A DNA stretch of 4,575 bases, from IMG/VR virus record IMGVR_UViG_2744054627_000014; one strand, written 5' to 3'. Under the pieces are notes generated by a model. That model worked only from the letters and a program-made list of their open reading frames with translations. It searched no databases and was not told the DNA's origin. Positions 1 through 4,575 of this stretch are shown in pieces. Source of the DNA: a virus. Its lineage: Duplodnaviria > Heunggongvirae > Uroviricota > Caudoviricetes. Every line of letters begins with the position of its first letter. The first letter of the stretch is position 1. The translations under genes and the position numbers were made by a program.

Positions 1-122
1 TTTTCGTAGTGCAGATATGAACTTACAGATCATAGGTGTAATGATCGAACACCGTATTTACCGCCGTAAACGTTAGTATTCCCACCGTAAATATCGGGAG
101 GCGTAACAGCCTCCCGTACCCC

Positions 123-142
123 ATTTGTAAAGTCTTACAAAT
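123..142. promoter_or_regulatory. Perfect 8-bp inverted repeat ATTTGTAA-N4-TTACAAAT, candidate operator in the AT-rich leader
   Basis: ATTTGTAA at 123-130 and TTACAAAT at 135-142 are exact reverse complements. The related motifs CTTACAAAT (134-142) and CTACAAAAT (181-189), and further nested inverted repeats at 184-202, lie in the same non-coding AT-rich stretch. Confidence 0.2.
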
Positions 143-401
143 TAAATTCACTTAAATATCAATAAAGTAGTATTCACACCCTACAAAATACCACATTTGT
201 GGTTTACACAATACAACTCAAATTGTATCTTTAGCCACAAGTCGAACGGCGCGACTCTAAACCATGCGTCGGGACCGTGGCGGGACAGGATGTCGGCAAT
301 ACGGGTCAGTAAGTTCCCTTTGGGGTGCGGCGAAGCACTGTCTAATTAATACAAGTCGAAGCCGCCGAACCACTAAAGTGAACTGAATGAGGAATCACAA
401 G

Positions 402-632
402 ATGCCTAAATATAAACTGGTTAATGACCTGGCTATCGGCGACAAAATTGAATTCAGTGGAAAACGGATAATGGAGGTTACCCAAAAAACTGACCGCGAC
501 CAGCATAACGTTAGCCTGACTCTAGTTAACAAACATACAGGTTCTGCGACCAATACTTGTTTTAACCGAATGGATACCGTCGTCCTTCCCCATAACAATC
601 CTCTGAATCCTCCATGTAATTGCTGTGTGTAG
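402..632 (+). CDS. Hypothetical small protein, 76 aa, Cys-rich C-terminus (..PPCNCCV); alternative in-frame start at 387
   Basis: ORF in track (387..632). ATG at 402 has a GAGGA Shine-Dalgarno at 389-393 with 8-nt spacing; ATG at 387 has none. Stop TAG 630-632 is followed directly by a hairpin plus T-run terminator. No recognisable domain. Confidence 0.5.
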   Translation: MPKYKLVNDLAIGDKIEFSGKRIMEVTQKTDRDQHNVSLTLVNKHTGSATNTCFNRMDTVVLPHNNPLNPPCNCCV

Positions 633-637
633 TCTTT

Positions 638-662
638 GCCCGCCTCAAGTGACGGGCTTTTT
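638..662 (+). terminator. Rho-independent terminator (GCCCG / CGGGC stem, 10-nt loop, T5 tail)
   Basis: GCCCG at 638-642 pairs with CGGGC at 653-657, immediately followed by TTTTT at 658-662, 6 nt after the stop of the 402-632 ORF. Confidence 0.55.
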
Positions 663-865
663 ATGTCTGAAAGCGCACTCGCAACAGCGTGCTCCCCGAT
701 ATGAAAAAGGAATACAACCGATGAAACCTGAACACATCCATAGACTGACGGGGCGCGATGTTCTCCGTTATCGCCGTAAAACTTCGATTTGATGACCGGT
801 CTGGCCGTTGCCACTGCGCTCGGTCTGATCATCACTTTCATTCTCCTTGTAGCGAGGACCACAGT

Positions 866-1863
866 ATGAGTTTAGAAACCAGTCTAGAACTTAATAATCA
901 ACTTCTGGCACAACATAATGCGCTGCTTGAACGTCTTATCCGCACAATGGCATCAGGTATTGTTATGCATCCTGACACGATTTCACGAGTGCAGGAATGT
1001 CGGGATACAGCAACTGAAACTGAAAATATGTCAGCGGCAATGACACTGGATGATCTGGAGTTCAGCGACGTTATCGCACTGGCTGGTTTCTACCCGGTAG
1101 CCACCCCTATCACAGAAGACATGCTGCAACGTGCTGTTGCCTACCGTGATGCTGAAGGCGATAAACGAGTAGTTCAGATTGATGCTCTCGACAGCGCATT
1201 ACAGGGCGTCAAACGAGCCAGAGCGCTGCTTAAACCTGCTCTCCTGGACCTGTCCCGTAACATTCTTAAGTTCTGGGACGACCTGCCAACCATCGGCGAG
1301 CGACGTGCTTTTGCCGAGCAGCTACTTGATGCACCTGCAGATGGGCGTGATGAAGTTAAGCCGAAAAAGGCCAGTAACAAAGATGGAGAACGCACGGGGC
1401 CGTTTTACGTCAAAAATATATCCGGCACAGCAGCCAGTGAACTCCACACCTTACGCAAGTTGAACGAGATGCTTAAAAAGGCTATATCGAGATCAACCGT
1501 GTTGAGTACCTTCAGCTGCAGGAAGAATTTGCACGCAGAGACGCAGCAAATTCCAGCCAGAATAATGACGCCAAAGATGACCATACAATTGATTTCGCGG
1601 CACTACGCAAACAAGCTGAAGGGTTGATCCTCCAGTTAGCAAAAGGGGGTTACCGGGCAGAAGCTATTGCAATTCTGGAAAAACAGGGAGCCAGGAAACT
1701 TGGTGAAGTAACGGATGAAAATCTCGCTGAAGTAATCACCCTGGCTGAAAAGCACTGGAGGGTTAATTATGCCAGACGTTCATGCACGACTTTCCCCGTC
1801 ATCGGCGCATCGATGGATGCGCTGCCCAGGAAGTCTGGCGCTGGAGGCCACACAACCGGATAA
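866..1863 (+). CDS. Hypothetical phage protein, about 330 aa if frame-corrected; apparent single-base frameshift in the A5 run at 1475-1479; 3' end uncertain
   Basis: ATG 866 is preceded by GAGGA (854-858, 7-nt spacer); the in-frame stretch from 758 to 865 translates to low-complexity, non-protein-like sequence. Frame 2 reads ..[10 protein letters not shown] and then degenerates, while frame 1 continues from the same point with protein-like sequence ([32 protein letters not shown]) to 1863. No family recognised. Confidence 0.5.
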
Positions 1864-3070
1864 AGAAACAACTTTTGCAATCGAGGGCACTGCAGCGCAC
1901 GCGCTTGCTGAAAAAGTTCTACGAAACAGGCAAAGCCACCCGGAACACTACGCCGGATGCAATGTTTCTATGTTTCTCGGCTCATACCCCCTTCGCGAAA
2001 ATCCTGATGATACATCTGGCCCACAGGTGGATGATGAAATGGTCGAAGCCGTTGGCCGGTATGTTGATACGGTCTGGACTCTTGCACAGAATAATGAACT
2101 ATTGGTTGAACAACTTGTTGATTTCTCACATATAACGGGTGTGGAAGAATCTTTCGGAACTGCCGACGGCATAATCATCGCGGGTAACGAATTACAAATC
2201 CACGACCTGAAATATGGCAAAGGCGTCCGCATTGATGCAGAACAAAATGAGCAACTACAACTGTATGCTCTGGGTGCGCTCGAACAATTCAGCATGCTGT
2301 ATGACTTTGAGACTGTAAGATTATTTATTCACCAGCCAAGGCTCAACCACGTTTCAGAATGGTCGTTAACCGTACAGGAACTTCAGTCTTTCGGTGAACG
2401 GGCACTGGAGGCCGCAACCAGTGCGATCCTTGTTCTCAATATTGCTGAATGCGAAGGCATTGAGACACTACCGCTGGAAAACTTCATACCTGGAGAAAAA
2501 CAGTGCCGCTTCTGTAAAGCAAAAGCTATTTGCACTGCCCAGAAAATGCAGCATTTACAAACAGCGGCCAGCGACTTTGAAGATCTGACAAAGCCTGTCA
2601 GCGAAATAATCACCAATGCCAGCGCACGTGTACCTCTGTTAACCATTGAGCAGCTTGCGGAGATCTATAGCCAGGCCGACTTTATTGAATCCTGGCTAAA
2701 GGCAGTACGGGACCGGGTTCACAATGAACTCAATGCCGGACATCCGGTACCGGGGTTTAAACTGGTAACAGGAAAACAAGGTAACCGGGCCTGGAGTGAT
2801 GAAGAGGCAGCTCGCGCACTTCTGAAGGACCAGTTCAGGTACAAAACTGAAGAAGTATTCGACTTTAAACTTATTAGTCCCACAAAAGCCGAAAAACTTA
2901 TCAAAAAGGCCAGTCCGCGCCGTTGGTCAAAAGTCGAGGCACTGATAACACGAGCTGATGGTAAACCCACCGTCGTTCCCGAGTCAGACCCACGCCCCGC
3001 ACTCAATATCAACCCTGTAAATGATTTCGACGACGTATCCGACGATACGCTAACCGCAGACCTCATCTGA
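1769..3070 (+). CDS. PD-(D/E)XK family nuclease, Cas4-like / RecB-like exonuclease (DUF2800 type), 433 aa, intact
   Basis: GGAGG at 1757-1761 sits 7 nt upstream of ATG 1769. N-terminal [14 protein letters not shown] motif, nuclease core GTADG...IHDLKYGKG (D...D-x-K, about 2203-2226), QLQLY (QhxxY) motif, and a CxxCx5C cluster ([10 protein letters not shown], about 2504-2533) which with the N-terminal Cys resembles the four-Cys Fe-S arrangement of Cas4/AddB nucleases. Single uninterrupted 1.3 kb ORF. Confidence 0.85.
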   Translation: MPDVHARLSPSSAHRWMRCPGSLALEATQPDKETTFAIEGTAAHALAEKVLRNRQSHPEHYAGCNVSMFLGSYPLRENPDDTSGPQVDDEMVEAVGRYVDTVWTLAQNNELLVEQLVDFSHITGVEESFGTADGIIIAGNELQIHDLKYGKGVRIDAEQNEQLQLYALGALEQFSMLYDFETVRLFIHQPRLNHVSEWSLTVQELQSFGERALEAATSAILVLNIAECEGIETLPLENFIPGEKQCRFCKAKAICTAQKMQHLQTAASDFEDLTKPVSEIITNASARVPLLTIEQLAEIYSQADFIESWLKAVRDRVHNELNAGHPVPGFKLVTGKQGNRAWSDEEAARALLKDQFRYKTEEVFDFKLISPTKAEKLIKKASPRRWSKVEALITRADGKPTVVPESDPRPALNINPVNDFDDVSDDTLTADLI

Positions 3071-3085
3071 TTTAAGGAAATACCC

Positions 3086-3630
3086 ATGAAACTGAAGCTG
3101 AACAATGTTCGTCTGGCCTTCCCGTCTCTGTTTGAAGCTAAAACTGTAAACGGCGAAGGCGATCCGCGTTTCTCCGCAGTATTTTTAATGTCTCCCAAAC
3201 ACCCACAACTGGAAGAAATCCGTAAAGCTATGAAGCAGGTAGCGAAGGAAAATGGGGGAGAAGTGGGAGTCCATTTATAACCAGCTGGAGAAAAACTCAA
3301 TCTGTGCCTGCATGATGGTGATGAAAAGCAGAGTATGAAGGCTTTCCCGGCAATTTCTTCCTGAACGCTGCTAACAAAGCGCGCCCAGCTGTTCTTGATC
3401 GCGATCGTTCGCCACTAATTCAGGCTGATGGACGTCCCTATGCAGGGTGCTATGTAAACGCCGTTATCGATATCTGGGCACAGGACAATAATTTCGGTAA
3501 ACGCATTAATGCCTCACTCGGCGGAGTCCAGTTCCTGCGAGACGGCGATGCATTCGCTGGCGGCGGAGTGGCAAGCGCTGACGATTTTGACGATATCAGC
3601 GAAGGTGCTGATGCTGAAGCACTGATTTGA
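3086..3630 (+). pseudogene. DUF2815-type phage protein (putative ssDNA-binding partner of DUF2800), reading frame broken by three +/-1 frameshifts as written
   Basis: AAGGA at 3074-3078 sits 7 nt upstream of ATG 3086. N-terminus MKLKLNNVRLAFPSLFEAKTVNGEGDPRFSAVFLMSPKHPQ matches the family as I recall it. Protein-like sequence continues across frames 2 -> 0 -> 2 -> 1 (..KWESIYNQLEK / KLNLCLHDGDEK / EYEGFPGNFFLNAANKARPAVLDRDRSPLIQADGRPYAGCYVNAVIDIWAQDNNFGKRINASLGGVQFLRDGDAF..) to TGA 3628-3630. Shifts are at 3249-3258 (A4/G5), 3291-3295 (A5) and 3324-3327 (A4). Confidence 0.8.
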
Positions 3631-3639
3631 GTATCTATG

Positions 3640-3676
3640 CAGCCCTCATTTAATTGTGGGCTGTTTAATTTTTGTT
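3640..3676 (+). terminator. Putative rho-independent terminator downstream of DUF2815 (CAGCCC / GGGCTG stem, 12-nt loop, T-rich tail)
   Basis: CAGCCC at 3640-3645 pairs with GGGCTG at 3658-3663, followed by TTTAATTTTTGTT (3664-3676); starts 10 nt after the DUF2815 stop. Confidence 0.45.
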
Positions 3677-4170
3677 CCTCTTTCAATGAACGAACTTTAT
3701 TATCATATATTCTTTGTGCGAATTCGTTAATTTGCTTAGTTAAGTTGGAATCTAACTTATAATATTTTCCGCCCACTCTATTAAATTCTTCCTCATTATT
3801 ATTTTGGGTTCAATTTGATTAATTCTATTTAAATGCATATCACGACCATTTTCAAAGTTAAAATATGCTTGGTCACTAACGTTCTGCCCATCAATTGTAT
3901 AAGTAGTACCACTTGCATGGAAAGATATTTGAGTCTTTTTACCCGCATATAGTTCATTATGTATAGCTTTATCAGTACTTATTATTCGCAGCCATATCCA
4001 AAACTTATCATTAAGAATATATTTATCAATCAATTTTTAATATTAAAAAAATCTCTGCCTATCAGTAATAGAGGCATCAGAAAATAAACACCAAGAAAAC
4101 TCAACGCAGCTGTAATAATAGATTGAAAAAGATATTGATAATTCCATTTTATTCTCCAGAAATTAGACAT
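3646..4170 (-). CDS. Hypothetical protein with a predicted N-terminal transmembrane helix, encoded antisense in the AT-rich island; frame interrupted at homopolymers; both ends uncertain
   Basis: Minus-strand ATG (complement of 4168-4170) opens a 46-aa frame [46 protein letters not shown] (one strongly hydrophobic segment), stopping at 4030-4032. One base added in the T5 run at 4034-4038 would join it to track ORF 3752..4033 (..LIDKYILNDKFWIWLR...NLIEWAEN). A second shift at the T4 run 3765-3768 joins the only frame that stays open through the AT-rich DNA at 3640-3776 (YYKLDSNLTKQINEFAQRIYDNKVRSLKEEQK). A possible stop TGA (complement of 3646-3648) would need a third shift at 3669-3673. No good Shine-Dalgarno at 4170; an alternative ATG at 4147 has GGAGA-N5-ATG but a different frame. 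Confidence 0.35.
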
Positions 4171-4575
4171 GAATAGTATACTATGGGGCGACCTGGAAAC
4201 CTATTGTGACATTCCGATCAACAACGGTACCCATGCGTATGCCGAAGGCGTTGAAGTGATGCTTTTCGCATGGGCTATCAACGACGGGCCAGTAAACGTG
4301 TGGGATATCACTGCCGGTGGTGGTATTCCACACGGCTTATACGAAGCAATCGCAGACCCTGAAACCCTGCTTTATTTCCATAACTCTCACTTCGACCGCA
4401 CCGTTCTGCGTTATGCAATGCCGCGACTGGCACCGCCTGTCGAACGTTGGCGCGACACGATGGTGCAGGCGCTGGCGCACGGTCTCCCGGGTCTCTGGGG
4501 GAACTCTGCGAAGTACTAGGCGTCCCGCAAGACAAAGCGAAGGACAAAGAAGGTAAAGCGCTGATCCAGCTGTCT
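4169..4575 (+). CDS. DNA polymerase, family A (phage PolA-like), N-terminal 3'-5' exonuclease domain; partial, continues past window end; one frameshift near 4486-4492
   Basis: N-terminus [36 protein letters not shown] carries the Exo I D-x-E motif (DLET, 4190-4201). Frame 2 stops at TAG 4517-4519, but frame 1 continues from about 4492 with protein-like sequence ([27 protein letters not shown]) to the window edge; the shift lies in the CCCGGG run at 4486-4491. Weak or absent Shine-Dalgarno. Confidence 0.8.

Noticed and set aside
237-360. Exact 10-bp direct repeat ACAAGTCGAA at 237-246 and 351-360
   Set aside because: Roughly ten identical 10-mer pairs are expected by chance in a 4.6 kb window, so the repeat alone is not significant; there are no flanking mobile-element features or integrase.
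264-386. Arg-rich 40-aa ORF ending at TGA directly before ATG 387
   Set aside because: No Shine-Dalgarno, low-complexity composition, and it sits in the probable promoter/leader region of the 402 gene.
395-862. Minus-strand 155-aa ORF 395..862
   Set aside because: It runs antisense across the 402-632 gene, its terminator hairpin and the intergenic region; the translation is low-complexity and there is no ribosome-binding site.
1174-2135. Alternate-frame ORFs 1174..1395 (-), 1179..1463 (+) and 1782..2135 (+)
   Set aside because: They are shadow ORFs overlapping the 866 gene or the DUF2800 gene in other frames; their translations are Arg/Ser/Cys-rich and non-protein-like.
1948-3300. Minus-strand ORFs 1948..2295, 2383..2646 and 2719..3300
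   Set aside because: They lie antisense inside the well-supported DUF2800 and DUF2815 coding regions; long antisense ORFs are expected in DNA of this GC content, and they have no start context or motifs.
3450-3776. Minus-strand ORF 3450..3776 as an independent 108-aa gene
   Set aside because: Only the AT-rich part (3640-3776) looks coding and is better explained as a frame-shifted piece of the antisense island gene; the rest is antisense read-through of DUF2815 and the GTG start has no ribosome-binding site.
4308-4556. ORFs 4308..4547 (-) and 4317..4556 (+)
   Set aside because: Both overlap the polymerase exonuclease domain in frames that do not carry the conserved polymerase sequence; the real continuation after the frameshift is frame 1, not frame 0.
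1-4575. Search for tRNA, rRNA and CRISPR arrays
   Set aside because: No cloverleaf-compatible T-arm or acceptor pairing, and no regularly spaced direct repeats of 25-40 bp, were found anywhere in the window.

Overview
This window looks like part of the DNA-replication module of a tailed phage or prophage with enterobacteria-like composition, read left to right on the + strand. It contains a small stand-alone ORF with its own intrinsic terminator (402-632), a hypothetical protein of about 330 aa (866 to about 1863), a Cas4-like PD-(D/E)XK nuclease of the DUF2800 type (1769-3070), a DUF2815-type protein (3086-3630) and the N-terminal 3'-5' exonuclease domain of a family-A DNA polymerase (4169 to window end). 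Between DUF2815 and the polymerase lies a ~530 bp AT-rich island (3640-4168) whose only coding potential is on the minus strand: a probably membrane-anchored protein of unknown function, the best candidate for an accessory (moron) gene here. At least seven +/-1 frameshifts, almost all in short homopolymer runs, interrupt otherwise protein-like reading frames; this is either systematic sequencing error or a decaying prophage. No rRNA, tRNA or CRISPR array was seen. All family assignments rest on recalled motifs, not on a database search, which I could not run.
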